Assembly (NCBI GenBank): GCA_020346125.1
Contig: CP070774.1
Span: 1,565,147-1,629,146 of the forward strand
Reading direction: 5' to 3'
From: Syntrophobacterales bacterium
GTDB taxonomy: Bacteria; Desulfobacterota; BSN033; WVXP01; G020346125
DNA: 64,000 bases
Below, in pieces: positions 18,877 through 29,327 of the stretch; the first letter of the stretch is position 1; the number at the start of each line of letters is the position of its first letter. The notes under the pieces are model-generated. The model was given only the letters and a program-made list of their open reading frames with translations. It searched no databases and was not told the DNA's origin. The position numbers and the translations under genes were made by a program.

Positions 18877-19102
18877 TTCCTCCTATTTGTAAGGGAACCG
18901 CATCAAATCAGGTTCGCCCTCTTCAAGAATTACCTCAACTCATTCCCCTGGTCTTCTCCCAGGGGAAGGAGAGGGGACATTGGATCGCCTCCAAAATAAA
19001 CGAGCATATCAAGGGCGACCTTGATGCCTGCTACGTCGAACCGAGCGGCGACCGCTTTATTTATGGGAATGAACATTAGCTATTCGTTTCAAGGGCCCTC
19101 TA

Positions 19103-19747
19103 TCACCGGGATAGACCGCTCAACAGGGCTATGCTTTCTATTATTTGATCGGTGATCATCGGGGCATCCTTCCCCTCGGCAAAGATCGGCCTTCCAATGT
19201 TCACGCTTACTATCTTTCTCAACCCTCTACTTCCGTAATGAATACCTATAGGAACAAAAGGGATATGATTCTCCATTATATCGGCACCATTGGCCCCTCC
19301 ATGACCTTGCCAGCGGAGGATCATTTGAATCAGCCTCGACTTCCCCTTCCCAACCTTGCCTCGATAGTACGTCCCCTCGGGAAAGATAACCACATATTCT
19401 TTTGCCCTTAACAGTTGCAAAATATACCGGAAGGAGTTCATGGTTTTAGTCGTTCTAACCCTGTCTACGGGAATTCCGCCTAAAAGCGAGAGGAAGGTTT
19501 TGACACAGGGGATTCTGAAGAGTTCGCTCTTTGCTACATAATTGAGCTGGGGGCCCAAAGCCAGACTCACGATGGGGATATCGGTCCAATATTGGTGTTT
19601 CGGGAGAATTATGGCAGGGCCATTGTGGGGAATGTTCTCGAGCCCCTGAACCCGGAGATGGTAGCACAAACGGAAGATAATGGCAGTGATTGTCTTAATG
19701 AATCCATAAACAAAGGGATTCCTTCTCCTGTCCGAGCCAAAGCCCAT
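19103..19747 (-). CDS. PlsC-family lysophospholipid acyltransferase
   Basis: HX4D-type block (PKHQYWTDIP) and FPEGTY block. Confidence 0.75.
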   Translation of the reverse strand: MGFGSDRRRNPFVYGFIKTITAIIFRLCYHLRVQGLENIPHNGPAIILPKHQYWTDIPIVSLALGPQLNYVAKSELFRIPCVKTFLSLLGGIPVDRVRTTKTMNSFRYILQLLRAKEYVVIFPEGTYYRGKVGKGKSRLIQMILRWQGHGGANGADIMENHIPFVPIGIHYGSRGLRKIVSVNIGRPIFAEGKDAPMITDQIIESIALLSGLSR

Positions 19748-19965
19748 CTTCCCCGAAATTACCCTCTGAGCCTACCCTAAAAAACGAATATTCCCTTCCC
19801 GCCGTGAAATATCCTTACCATATTCCTAAACCTAAAGCAAGGCGACATTGAGTGGAGGTTCCGGACTTTTCTCAGGGGGACGTCATTGTTTCTGAGGGTA
19901 ATCCGCTGGAGAAGTGGGGTACACATTTAGGGTAATATACAAATTAGATGTTCCCCAGGTTCCCT

Positions 19966-20052
19966 GCAGCGAACATTAAAGAATTTTGGCTAACCATTTC
20001 TTAGTAAAGCGAACTCTAGAATGGTTTAAAATTCTTTTTAGAGAGCGAAAGG
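19966..20052. repeat. dispersed palindromic repeat, family 1, copy D (inner-unit type)
   Basis: CAGCGAACATTAAAGAATTTTGGCTAACCATTTCTTAGTAAAGCGAACTCTAGAATGGTTTAAAATTCTTTTTAGAGAGCGAA. Its reverse complement aligns with the inner unit of copy C. Confidence 0.55.
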
Positions 20053-20222
20053 GAATCTGGGAAACAGGCCGCACACCTTTGAAGGGATATTATCCTCTTT
20101 CCTCAGAGAGGGTTCCCTCTCCTCCGTTATGGAGTGTCACATTGTGAGATAGGAGCGAGAAATATTCTCCTTTTTTGGCTTTTGGACAGGAGGTTTTGCA
20201 ATCTCCTCCGAAGGGGTTGGGC

Positions 20223-20813
20223 TCAATCCTCGCGCTGAAACTCCTGGGGCTGAATATCCTCGTTCCTCATCGACTCCTTCACTTTCCTGGCCGTGATCAC
20301 CCCCGCCTTCAAGGCATCTCTGTTCAGCTTCTCCGTTCCCTTGGGGACCCTGGCAAGGACCGCTGCCTCCATGAACTTGTGGGAGATGATGTTCGTTAAC
20401 TCCGTTATTGCACCTAAGGAGATGATGTTTGCGACGATCTCCCTGTGAAATTTCTCCCTGGCTATCTTGGTGAAGGGAATCTGAATGGCTTTGCTGGTGG
20501 GAACCTGAGTTACGAAGGTGGAATCGACGACAAGTATCCCATCCTCCTTCAAGTCCCTGTAGTATTCATCGCAAGACTTTTGGTTCATGGCCAGAAGGAG
20601 GTCGAGCTTGATGGCCTTGGGGTAATCGATCTCTTCGTCGCTTACGACGACATCGGCCCTACTCGCTCCCCCCCTTGCCTCCGGCCCATAGCTCTGAGTT
20701 TGGACCACGAATTTTCCCCCGTAAAGGCCTAATGCCTCGGCGAGGATAATCCCACTCAGTATGATCCCCTGTCCCCCTGAACCGCCAAGGCGAACCTCGT
20801 ATCGTTCACCCAT
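20223..20813 (-). CDS. korC: 2-oxoacid:ferredoxin oxidoreductase gamma subunit
   Basis: GGSGGQGI motif; position as the last gene of the kor operon. Confidence 0.85.
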   Translation of the reverse strand: MGERYEVRLGGSGGQGIILSGIILAEALGLYGGKFVVQTQSYGPEARGGASRADVVVSDEEIDYPKAIKLDLLLAMNQKSCDEYYRDLKEDGILVVDSTFVTQVPTSKAIQIPFTKIAREKFHREIVANIISLGAITELTNIISHKFMEAAVLARVPKGTEKLNRDALKAGVITARKVKESMRNEDIQPQEFQRED

Positions 20814-20868
20814 GCCCCTGATTGCCTCCCGTGCCTTTTAAGACAGGTCGGCGAAACGGGGCCACCCA

Positions 20869-21714
20869 TTATCCTTCAAGGGAGGATAGCCCCTCCTTCG
20901 CCCTTTCCCTCACCTTATCGTACTCATCCTGATAAATGGGAAGATCCTTATCTACCAAGACTCCGATGATAATCCTTCCCTCCAGCTCTTCGGATTTCAT
21001 CCGTTTCGCCTCTTGTACCGTCACGGCGTTGTCCCTCTGCCATTTCATCATGTCAACAGCAGAACCCAAAAGATTTTGCTTGCCGTATTGGATGTGGCAG
21101 TGGCTGATTACCTCAACAACTCCGAACCCCTTTTTCAGGATAGCCCTCTCGATTAAACTATCCAAGAGTTTGGCATGGTAGACCGTTCCTCTTCCCACAA
21201 ATACCGCCCCTGCCGTTACCGCCAATTCCGATATCTTGAATTCCTGCTCGATATTACTATAAACGGCCGTCGTTGCCCTCATACCATAGGGGGTGGTGGG
21301 CGAGTATTGGCCCCCTGTCATGCCGTAGACGTTGTTGTTGACGATGATGGCAGTCAGGTCGATATTTCGCCTGGCCGCATGGATGAAATGATTCCCCCCG
21401 ATGGCGATGGCATCGCCATCCCCCATAATGACGATGACGTTGAGGTTAGAGTTAGCGAGTTTGATTCCCGTGGCAAAGGTGAGGGCCCGTCCGTGCGTGG
21501 TATGGAGGGTGTTGAAATCCACATAAACGGGAATCCTTCCGGAACACCCGATGCCAGAAACCAAGACGATATCATCCTTTTCATAGCCGGTTCGATCGAT
21601 GGCCCTAATCAAGGCCCCCAGTATGATTCCCGTTCCACAGCCGGGACACCAGACATGAGGGAACTTCTTGTCGTGGCGAAGATATTTATAGATAAGCTTA
21701 GTAATCTCTGGCAT
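20869..21714 (-). CDS. korB: 2-oxoacid:ferredoxin oxidoreductase beta subunit (TPP-binding)
   Basis: WCPGCG, GDGD...GGNH TPP motif. The ATG overlaps the korA stop (TGATG). Confidence 0.9.
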   Translation of the reverse strand: MPEITKLIYKYLRHDKKFPHVWCPGCGTGIILGALIRAIDRTGYEKDDIVLVSGIGCSGRIPVYVDFNTLHTTHGRALTFATGIKLANSNLNVIVIMGDGDAIAIGGNHFIHAARRNIDLTAIIVNNNVYGMTGGQYSPTTPYGMRATTAVYSNIEQEFKISELAVTAGAVFVGRGTVYHAKLLDSLIERAILKKGFGVVEVISHCHIQYGKQNLLGSAVDMMKWQRDNAVTVQEAKRMKSEELEGRIIIGVLVDKDLPIYQDEYDKVRERAKEGLSSLEG

Positions 21715-22856
21715 CAGGACACCTCCCTAATCCTCTTCAATATCTGCTGTGGGGTAATCGTCAATCCATCCACCCTGTTTATCGTGTTCACCTTTGCCTT
21801 TCCCTCATTCACCCTCTTCACTTCACGCGAGATCTGGCCCATGTTCATCTCCGGAACTATGAGCATCTTTGCCTTTTGGATGACTCTCTCGACGGCTGTC
21901 CTCATAAATGGCCAGAGGGTAATCAACCGTAGCAAACCCACCTTCACTCCCTTCTCCCTGGCATCGATTACCGCCCTGCGTGCTGATCTGGCCACGGAAC
22001 CATAGGCGATGATGGCAATATCGGCATCTTCCAGTTGAAAGAACTCTCCCATCTGGATCTCCGGGAAGCCAAGGGTAATCTTGCGATGAATGCGATCCAT
22101 GAAGGGGCCGATTTCGTCGGACCTCAACGTGGGAAATCCCCGGATGTCATGGGCGAGGCCCGTCACATGAAAACGATAGCCATCCCCGAAAATGGCCATA
22201 GGAGAAACACCCTGGGTGGTATCCTCGTAAGGGATGTACCATTCTGGTGGAACCGTGGGCCTGATCCTGTCGATCACCTCCACCTCCTCTGGCCGAGGAA
22301 GAGTGATCTTTTCCCGCATATGACCAACGACCTCGTCAAAGAGCAAGATAACGGGGGTCCGATATTTCTCGGATAAATTGAAGGCCTTTACGGAGAGATC
22401 GAAGCACTCTCTGACGGTGGAGGGGGCTAAAACGATGGCGGGGTGATCACCATGAGTCCCCCATCTGGCCTGCATGACATCTCCCTGGGAGGGATAGGTG
22501 GGAATTCCGGTGCTGGGTCCTAACCTCATCACGTCCCCGACAACACACGGCACTTCGGCCATACATGCAAATCCCAGGTTTTCTTGCACAAGGGAAAAAC
22601 CTGGACCGCTGGTGGCCGTCATCGACTTGGTTCCCGCCAGAGAGGCCCCTATGATCGCCCCCATGCTGGCAATTTCATCCTCCATCTGGATAAAGGTTCC
22701 ATCTACTTGCGGGAGTTTAACAGACATGATCTCGGCAATTTCCGTAGCCGGGGTTATGGGATATCCCGCAAAAAACCGGCATCCGGCAACCAATGCCCCT
22801 TCAACTACGGCTTCATTCCCCTGCATCAGGAATTCCCTGGGGCGCCTCTTTTTCAT
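21714..22856 (-). CDS. korA: 2-oxoacid:ferredoxin oxidoreductase alpha subunit
   Basis: MKKRRPREFLMQGNEAVVEGALVAGCRFFAGYPITPATEI. AAGGAGG lies about 16 nt upstream of the ATG at 22856. The track ORF extension to 23030 is read-through inside korD. Confidence 0.9.
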   Translation of the reverse strand: MKKRRPREFLMQGNEAVVEGALVAGCRFFAGYPITPATEIAEIMSVKLPQVDGTFIQMEDEIASMGAIIGASLAGTKSMTATSGPGFSLVQENLGFACMAEVPCVVGDVMRLGPSTGIPTYPSQGDVMQARWGTHGDHPAIVLAPSTVRECFDLSVKAFNLSEKYRTPVILLFDEVVGHMREKITLPRPEEVEVIDRIRPTVPPEWYIPYEDTTQGVSPMAIFGDGYRFHVTGLAHDIRGFPTLRSDEIGPFMDRIHRKITLGFPEIQMGEFFQLEDADIAIIAYGSVARSARRAVIDAREKGVKVGLLRLITLWPFMRTAVERVIQKAKMLIVPEMNMGQISREVKRVNEGKAKVNTINRVDGLTITPQQILKRIREVS

Positions 22857-23154
22857 CTTTCCTCTCAACCCGCCTCCTTTTCCTTCTACTTTCCACCGTA
22901 ATGGCGAAATCGGGGCATCGAATCTCACACCACCCGCATCCCGTACAGGAATCCAAATCCTCCACAAAGGGATAGCCCTCTTCGTCGATAGCCAAAACCC
23001 CTTTGGGGCAGAAAGCGACGCATATCCCACAGGCCTTACACCACGCCTTGAAGATATCGATCTTCGTTACAGCGGCCCTCTTTGGTTTGGGCTGCTTATC
23101 CGGTGCTATTTCGCTTGCCCCTTCTGGGGCCTGACTTACCTTTTCCGCTTTCAT
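22813..23154 (-). CDS. korD: 2-oxoacid:ferredoxin oxidoreductase delta subunit (2x[4Fe-4S] ferredoxin)
   Basis: CKACGICVAFCP and CTGCGWCEIRCP motifs; first gene of the kor operon. Confidence 0.8.
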   Translation of the reverse strand: MKAEKVSQAPEGASEIAPDKQPKPKRAAVTKIDIFKAWCKACGICVAFCPKGVLAIDEEGYPFVEDLDSCTGCGWCEIRCPDFAITVESRRKRRRVERKDEKEAPQGIPDAGE

Positions 23155-23411
23155 CCCTTTCTTACTCCTCTCGTTTCATCATACCGTATGCAGGTTAAAA
23201 GTGTCAATTACAATAGGATACGCCGGCCCGTTTAAAGCCTGTCCCGGAAGCATCCCGTAAACAGGTCCTTCAAGCAGAAAGGGGGTAAGCGAAAAAGAAG
23301 GGGATGATTTGAAGGACCTTAGCCAATCGCTATGCAGTAGTGCCTGTTTCGACAGGCTTTGATCCAACAATCAGATGCGGAACAGGGGGCAGAACCCCCC
23401 ATGTTCACCCC

Positions 23412-24443
23412 TTACCTTGCCTCAGGTGGGATGAGGCTCTCGGGGATCGTTAGCCCCTTCTCTTTGTAATAGGTGTAAGCCCCGAGATGCAGGGGAGCGG
23501 GTAGGGCGGTGAGGGCATTCTCCAGTGTGATGAAGGCTCCCAACGTATGGACGGCCTTCAGATAGTCGGGATTTTCAAAGAGGGCCTTGGTAAGGAGATA
23601 GACCACCTCCTTGTCCACATCCGCCCTAACCCCGAGGAAATTGGGCTGGGCGATGGTGAATACCGGATTAGTCTGTCCCGGATAGGTATTGGCCGGAATG
23701 GTATACCGGAAACCGGGATAGGCAGTCTTTTCGTTGATCTGTTCCAGTTGCTCGTCAGTGAACTCCAGAACCACCACCTGCATCCCCGGTGTAGTAAAGA
23801 TGTCGGTTACCGCTGCTACCGGAGGAAAACCAACGAGGTTGGCACCATCTATCCTCTTGTCCTTCATGGCATTTGCAGACTCAAAACGGCCCAGATACAC
23901 TCCCTTAACGTCATCCCTCGCCATCCCGAGCCCCTCCATGAGAGTGAGGCCGGACCTCTGTGCACCGCTTCCGCCCCTGCCGATTGAGAATCTGAGTCCC
24001 TTAATGTCTCTAAAAGTGCCAGTTTCCGCCCTATCCTTGACGAGTACCATGTGTTCCACATTGGGCCAGAGCATGCTGATGGTACGCAACTCCTTATATG
24101 GTTTTCCCTTGTAGATCCCCTTGCCATTCCAGGCCATATTCCCGAAGAGTCCCTGCAGGATAGCCAAATCCGCATCCTTGCCCTTGATCATCTTGATATT
24201 ATCTCTTGAACCGGCCGAGGTAATCGCATCAATGTGAATACCGTATCTGTTTCTTAGCCTAATGGTCCACAAGGAGGCCATGGCAACGCCCATGGGGTAG
24301 TATGTCTCCCCGGGAGTAGCTGTGGCAATGGTCAAGGAGATTGTTTTCTTCTCCGTGGCCGTTGCAACTTCCCCAATGGATACCGCTACGAAACCATAAA
24401 TAATGGCAATAGTAAGCACTTTGAATAGGGAACGTTTATCCAT
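23412..24443 (-). CDS. TAXI-family TRAP transporter solute-binding protein
   Basis: Signal peptide, then TIATATPGETYYPMGVAMASLW and the overall TAXI pattern. No TRAP permease gene is adjacent. Confidence 0.85.
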   Translation of the reverse strand: MDKRSLFKVLTIAIIYGFVAVSIGEVATATEKKTISLTIATATPGETYYPMGVAMASLWTIRLRNRYGIHIDAITSAGSRDNIKMIKGKDADLAILQGLFGNMAWNGKGIYKGKPYKELRTISMLWPNVEHMVLVKDRAETGTFRDIKGLRFSIGRGGSGAQRSGLTLMEGLGMARDDVKGVYLGRFESANAMKDKRIDGANLVGFPPVAAVTDIFTTPGMQVVVLEFTDEQLEQINEKTAYPGFRYTIPANTYPGQTNPVFTIAQPNFLGVRADVDKEVVYLLTKALFENPDYLKAVHTLGAFITLENALTALPAPLHLGAYTYYKEKGLTIPESLIPPEAR

Positions 24444-24689
24444 CTCCCTCCCTTCACGTTTCTTAGAGTGAATGAATGCTGGTCTCTTCGCCTACCACCG
24501 TTCAAAATCATACTCATAGTATTTAATCTATAGGCCGAAGTCAAGGAAATTGAGATCTGGAGATTCCTGAGTTTTGGAAAACTCCTTTGCCACGAGGCAA
24601 TCTGGCGGAGGAGCCCAAAGGTAATCACATTGGAAAGGCTGATGCCCTTGTGGTCTGTCGGAGGATGCGCCCGGATTGTGCTCGACCGA

Positions 24690-24917
24690 TCATCCGTATC
24701 GATATTGTACACCGAACCCACCCCCGGGGTAATTCCAGGTAACCGACCCGTATATACAGGCAATCATGCACGTGCCACATTCGAGGCATCCGGTGAATTC
24801 GACCTGCATCTGGCCAGTTTGCTCATTGAGGGAATAGAGGTGGGCCGGGCATGAATAGATACAGAAGCGTTCGCAACTCCCCCACTTCCTGCGTATTAAC
24901 CTGAAATGGTGAATCAT
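24690..24917 (-). CDS. fixX: FixX-like ferredoxin-like protein (ETF-QO-associated type), orphan
   Basis: CPAHLY...GCLECGTC...WNYPGGGFGVQYRYG matches the FixX C-terminal signature. Start chosen at MIHHFRLIRRKW because the same start is conserved in the second repeat copy. The track ORF starts at 24941. Confidence 0.65.
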   Translation of the reverse strand: MIHHFRLIRRKWGSCERFCIYSCPAHLYSLNEQTGQMQVEFTGCLECGTCMIACIYGSVTWNYPGGGFGVQYRYG

Positions 24918-25220
24918 AATTTTCCATAATCCTGATATCAATGATACTTTATGGAAAAAATCTGCGTAATATGATATTCACTATATTTCATAGAAATTCA
25001 GGCATGTTTCCTAACCATGAGATCTTCTCGTCAAGGAAAAATCGATTTTTTGATAAGCTACCATTGCATCATATAAAATACAATTAAAAAGGAATAGCCG
25101 TATATCGGAAAAACCTAAAAGACTTTCGGATCACGTTCGGGATGAGGGATCCCTTATATATTAATGATTTATTAGCTAAACTCTCCTACAAGTTAACTTT
25201 AAAAACGAAAAGGCGTCCCT
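24885..25220. repeat. about 335-bp direct repeat, copy 1 (fixX 5' end plus upstream region)
   Basis: Aligns along its whole length with 32288-32612, with long identical blocks (CTGCGTATTAACCTGAAATG, CGATTTTTTGATAA.CTACCATTGCATCATAT, CGTATATCGGAAAAACCTAAA, TTAAAAACGAAA.GGCGTCCCT). Confidence 0.85.
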
Positions 25221-25291
25221 GACACTATTTAACATTACTTCAAGAGTGGAGAGGATATAATCTCCTTCCGAATATTAATTAGGAACATTGT

Positions 25292-25789
25292 ATGGAGATA
25301 CCGGAATTTACATCGCGGGATACCCTGAACAAGCTTTGGTGGCTGCATGATTCTTTCTGGCATGCAGTGCTGGTGAAGGAGTTCGGTCTGGAGCGGGCCA
25401 ACCGGATCAACCTCGAAGTTGCCGAGAAGATTTTCCGCATGATGACCAATCAACTTCTGCGAGAAAGGGTGATCCGGCGACCACGCTCGATTCAGGATTT
25501 GCTGTCTATCTTTAAGGTCATCTGGAAGAATGCCTTTTTTGACGACCTCTATATCAACGATCCAATCCACTATGACGGCGACACCGCCGTCTGGATTGGG
25601 AGCAGATGTCATGTCTATGATGCGCTTAAAAAGGCGGATATGCTTGAAGGGTATGAGTGCGGCTGCCAGTCAGTGCGCAACGGGGTGATGAAGGCCCTGC
25701 GCCTCAAGCCCCTTCACGAGATTAAGGAAAGCCTCGTAAGGGGGGACGGCCGCTGTGTGATCGAGATCACCTTTTCACCCGATGAATAA
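25292..25789 (+). CDS. hypothetical protein (W..HD..W N-terminal motif and C-terminal Cys cluster; possibly DUF6125/ATC-hydrolase-like)
   Basis: 165-aa ORF with LNKLWWLHDSFWHAVLVKEFGLERA..., later YECGCQ and GDGRCVIEI. The family assignment is from memory and weak. Confidence 0.45.
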   Translation: MEIPEFTSRDTLNKLWWLHDSFWHAVLVKEFGLERANRINLEVAEKIFRMMTNQLLRERVIRRPRSIQDLLSIFKVIWKNAFFDDLYINDPIHYDGDTAVWIGSRCHVYDALKKADMLEGYECGCQSVRNGVMKALRLKPLHEIKESLVRGDGRCVIEITFSPDE

Positions 25790-25892
25790 CATACTCTGAG
25801 GAAGATGAGGGCCTTTTTTATAGGTTATTCCCTGATCTATTATTACCATTTGAATAGGATAAAGATAGTTAAATATTAATATCGGGAATTTG

Positions 25893-26765
25893 TTAGTGAA
25901 TATCGTTTTTTATGGTCCAGTCGATGACCTCAATGGGAGATTTCAAGATTTCTGCGCCCGATGCCTTTAAGGCCTCACATTTGCTTTCTACCGTACCCGC
26001 TGAACCCCGAACAATGGCTCCGGCATGCCCCATGCATTTGCCTTCCGGAGAAAATCGTCCGGCGATGTAGGATGCAACAGGCTTCGTCATTCCATTTGCA
26101 ATGAACTCGGCCGCCTTCTCTTCCTGCATGCCCCCCACTTCTCCAACAATGATAACCGCATCGGTTTCATCATCAGCTTCAAACAGTTTCAAGATATCCG
26201 GTAAATTAGTAAGAATGACCGAGTCTGCCCCCATTCCTACAACAGCGCTTTGGCCGATGTCTTTTTCTGAGAGAATGCCCGCAAATTCATAGGAGAGGGT
26301 TCCACTCCGCGAAATGATACCGACCCGTCCGGGCGAAAAAAGTGATCCTGGCATGATACCCATCTTACCTTTTCCCGGAACCAAGATACCCGGCGTTGTG
26401 GGGCCCAGTGCCAAAACCTCTTTTTCTAAGGCATAAGCACGCATCTTAATGACGTCATGGACAGGGATATGTTCGGGAACCACGACAATAAGCTTTATTC
26501 CCGCATCCGCGGTTTCATAGAACGCGTCTAAGACAAACGGTGCCGGCACGAAAAATACCGAGGCGTTTGCTCCTGTCTCCTGAACCGCCTCCTCAACACT
26601 ATCAAAAACCGGCAAATCTTCGACGGTGTTGCCACCTTTTCCAGGTGTGACACCGCCCACTACGGTTGTGCCGTACTTCAGCATCCAACGGGTTTGAGTG
26701 CTTCCAATCTTGCCGGTTATGCCTTGGACAATCACGCGTGTTTTATCGTCAATAAGGATACTCAT
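25893..26765 (-). CDS. sucD: succinate--CoA ligase alpha subunit
   Basis: VIVQGITGKIGS, GHAGAIV phosphohistidine loop, SRSGTLSYE. Confidence 0.9.
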   Translation of the reverse strand: MSILIDDKTRVIVQGITGKIGSTQTRWMLKYGTTVVGGVTPGKGGNTVEDLPVFDSVEEAVQETGANASVFFVPAPFVLDAFYETADAGIKLIVVVPEHIPVHDVIKMRAYALEKEVLALGPTTPGILVPGKGKMGIMPGSLFSPGRVGIISRSGTLSYEFAGILSEKDIGQSAVVGMGADSVILTNLPDILKLFEADDETDAVIIVGEVGGMQEEKAAEFIANGMTKPVASYIAGRFSPEGKCMGHAGAIVRGSAGTVESKCEALKASGAEILKSPIEVIDWTIKNDIH

Positions 26766-26839
26766 CTGTACGCCTCGTCTTTTTTCGCCTTTTGTAGAGA
26801 TTTCACATAATTCACATCAGAATAGTTTCGCGTTACAGG

Positions 26840-27988
26840 TTACTTTTTCCCCACCAGTTCGAATAGACGATCCACCGCGATTTCGGTAGGTGCTTCTGTC
26901 ACCACATGCACACCGCCTGAACGGAATATCTCCCAGGTTTCTTCTTGGTGATTACCGAGTGCCTTGGCCACAATGGGCAATGTGACATTATGGTCCCTGA
27001 TATACCGAACAACTCCGCGGGCGCCTTCGTGGATGGGGTTAATGCCGCCATAGATATTGATAAAGATTGCCCGCAGGTTGACCTTCATTATAACGAGTTC
27101 CATACATTTATAGAGCAATTCTTCGGTAATACCCCCCCCGGTTTCTAGAAAATTAGCCGGCCGGAGGCGCTGGCCGATAATGTCCATGGTCGCCATACCC
27201 AATCCAGCGCCGGAGGCTATGATACCAATATCGCCACCCAAATCCACATACGTCACCCCAATTTCCCTACCTTTGCGTTCCAATGGATTTTCAATGCGCT
27301 CCGTCATCTGTGGCAGCGGGTACTGAATACGGGAAAGCGCTGAATTATCAATTTCAATCACAGAATCAACCGCCAGTAGGCCTCCTTGATACCCGGTTTT
27401 AAGAATCACCATTGGGTTGATCTCTGCAATAAGTGCATCAAACTGCGAAAAAACGCGATATAGACGGACCAGGACGTCTGCACAGAATGTGAGAAGACGC
27501 TCGGATAACCCTAGACGTCTCAGAAGCATCCGGGCCTGAAAGGGGTAAAATCCAAAGGTGGGATCGCAGTAAAACGATGCGATCTTATCCGGTGACGTGC
27601 GAGCGGTCTCTTCAATGTGGGCGCCGCCTTCTGTACTCACCACAACGACCGGTTTTCCTGAGAAACCGTCGACCGTTATACCCATATATAGCTCTCTTAA
27701 AATGTCGGCCTTTTCGCACACCATGAGCTTACGAACGGGGAGCCCCTTGATTTCGAAATTAAATAACGTTCCTGAGATCTCTTCGAGTTCTTCGGGAGTT
27801 GTAGCCGTTTTTACCCCCCCTGCAAGGCCCCGCCCGCCGACTAGCACCTGGGCCTTAAGGACGACCGGATAGCCAATCTCACCCGCTATAATCAGCGCAT
27901 CTTCTGTCGTCTCAGCAACACCCCGTCTGGGGACCGGTATCCCGACGCTTTCAAAGATATCTATTCCTTCATATTCATATAGTCTCAT
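26840..27988 (-). CDS. sucC: succinate--CoA ligase (ADP-forming) beta subunit-like, ATP-grasp
   Basis: MRLYEYEG...PVVLKAQVLVGGRGLAGGVK and GGNIG-like C-terminal CoA-ligase domain. Confidence 0.85.
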   Translation of the reverse strand: MRLYEYEGIDIFESVGIPVPRRGVAETTEDALIIAGEIGYPVVLKAQVLVGGRGLAGGVKTATTPEELEEISGTLFNFEIKGLPVRKLMVCEKADILRELYMGITVDGFSGKPVVVVSTEGGAHIEETARTSPDKIASFYCDPTFGFYPFQARMLLRRLGLSERLLTFCADVLVRLYRVFSQFDALIAEINPMVILKTGYQGGLLAVDSVIEIDNSALSRIQYPLPQMTERIENPLERKGREIGVTYVDLGGDIGIIASGAGLGMATMDIIGQRLRPANFLETGGGITEELLYKCMELVIMKVNLRAIFINIYGGINPIHEGARGVVRYIRDHNVTLPIVAKALGNHQEETWEIFRSGGVHVVTEAPTEIAVDRLFELVGKK

Positions 27989-28237
27989 GGTAAATTCATA
28001 ACCTCACACACATTTTTGACAATAAGCTTTGAATATTTGGAGCCCGAGGAGGGCTTTGTTCACAATATTTCCTCTATTAGTACATTTTTTTGGACACGTT
28101 TCCCCTTCCGTCTATTATCTTCAAAGAATATGTATCGCGGTTTTCAAAAATTGCCTGATTGGTAATTATATGTATGATTAAAAATTTAATCAAGAATTTA
28201 ATTGAAATGTGCTATTGAAATGTGCTAAGCTTGAAGT

Positions 28238-28939
28238 ATGAGCAAGTATAGAGGGGAAAAAAATGCGAACGGCCTGATTGATCACAGCCATAAGGCTTAC
28301 AAGGGCATTCGTCGAATGCTGTATCACAAAGAACTCGTTCCAGGCCAGAAGATCGCATATCGTGAACTTGCGGAACAATTACGCATGAGTCCAACCCCAA
28401 TCATCCAAGCACTCAAGTGGTTAGAGATTCAGGGCCTTGTTCGCCATGAACCCCACCGTGGGTATCATATAGAGCCATTCAGTTTGCGGGAGGTAGAGGA
28501 GATCTATGAACTCAGGGAATTATTGGAAATAGCGCTTTTACCCATAGCAATTGAACAGCTGAATGAAGAAGGCATACAGCAATTAAAGACGGCGCTTAAA
28601 GCCCATTTATCTGCGGTTCGGGAATTTTACCTCAAAGAACGGTTGTTCAAAAATATGGAGTTTCACCTGACCCTGGCTGCTCTCTCAAAGAAGGTGACCC
28701 AATTGAGAATACTCCGTAATATCTTTGATCTCCTATTTCTGAAATACGGAGGTAATTATTTACCCATTGCATCACTTAAATCTGTGGACCAAGAGCATCA
28801 GGAGATTTTCGACTGCGTTGTATCACGAAATATCAAAGGGGCTCAGACAATCCTATCCCGACATATCTCAAATGTCAAAAGGCAGGTATTGCAGAGCCTT
28901 CGGCAAATGCTGGAAGAGGATGAAGAATCTGAATATTGA
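28238..28939 (+). CDS. GntR-family transcriptional regulator with FCD (FadR C-terminal) domain
   Basis: wHTH (YRELAEQLRMSPTPIIQALKWLEIQGLV) and a helical FCD domain with H..L/H motifs. Confidence 0.85.
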   Translation: MSKYRGEKNANGLIDHSHKAYKGIRRMLYHKELVPGQKIAYRELAEQLRMSPTPIIQALKWLEIQGLVRHEPHRGYHIEPFSLREVEEIYELRELLEIALLPIAIEQLNEEGIQQLKTALKAHLSAVREFYLKERLFKNMEFHLTLAALSKKVTQLRILRNIFDLLFLKYGGNYLPIASLKSVDQEHQEIFDCVVSRNIKGAQTILSRHISNVKRQVLQSLRQMLEEDEESEY

Positions 28940-29327
28940 TGGCTTCCTAAAAAGTCCAACTTCTGCGTTGTGCTGCATCCCCTGCTCTGTTAAATTGAAG
29001 GTAGCCATATCAATAGATATGGGATATAGAAGCTGCTTGAAAACAGTAACACCAAACAAAGAAAATATTTAACAGGGTAAATCACTGCAGTGTACTGTAA
29101 GTACGCCTCATTATTCAGGATTTGCGCGCCTTGAATTTGGAGCTTTTTACTTTGCCATCGAATTTTGACTTTTTACGAGATCATCAATATTAATGTCCTT
29201 ATCAAAGAAAAATTAGAGTGTTGCCAGAGCAGGACCCGATCGTATGGCCGATCGACCGCGACTTCGCTCTCTGGGTAGTTTTACATTTAGTTTTCAATAG
29301 TATTCAAATATCTCAGGAGGAATGAAA

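Noticed and set aside
25040-25075. Fur-box-like TGATAAGCTACCATTGCATCA inside the direct repeat.
   Set aside because: Only the terminal GATAA/ATC positions match the Fur consensus. It is retained only as one of the conserved blocks of the repeat.
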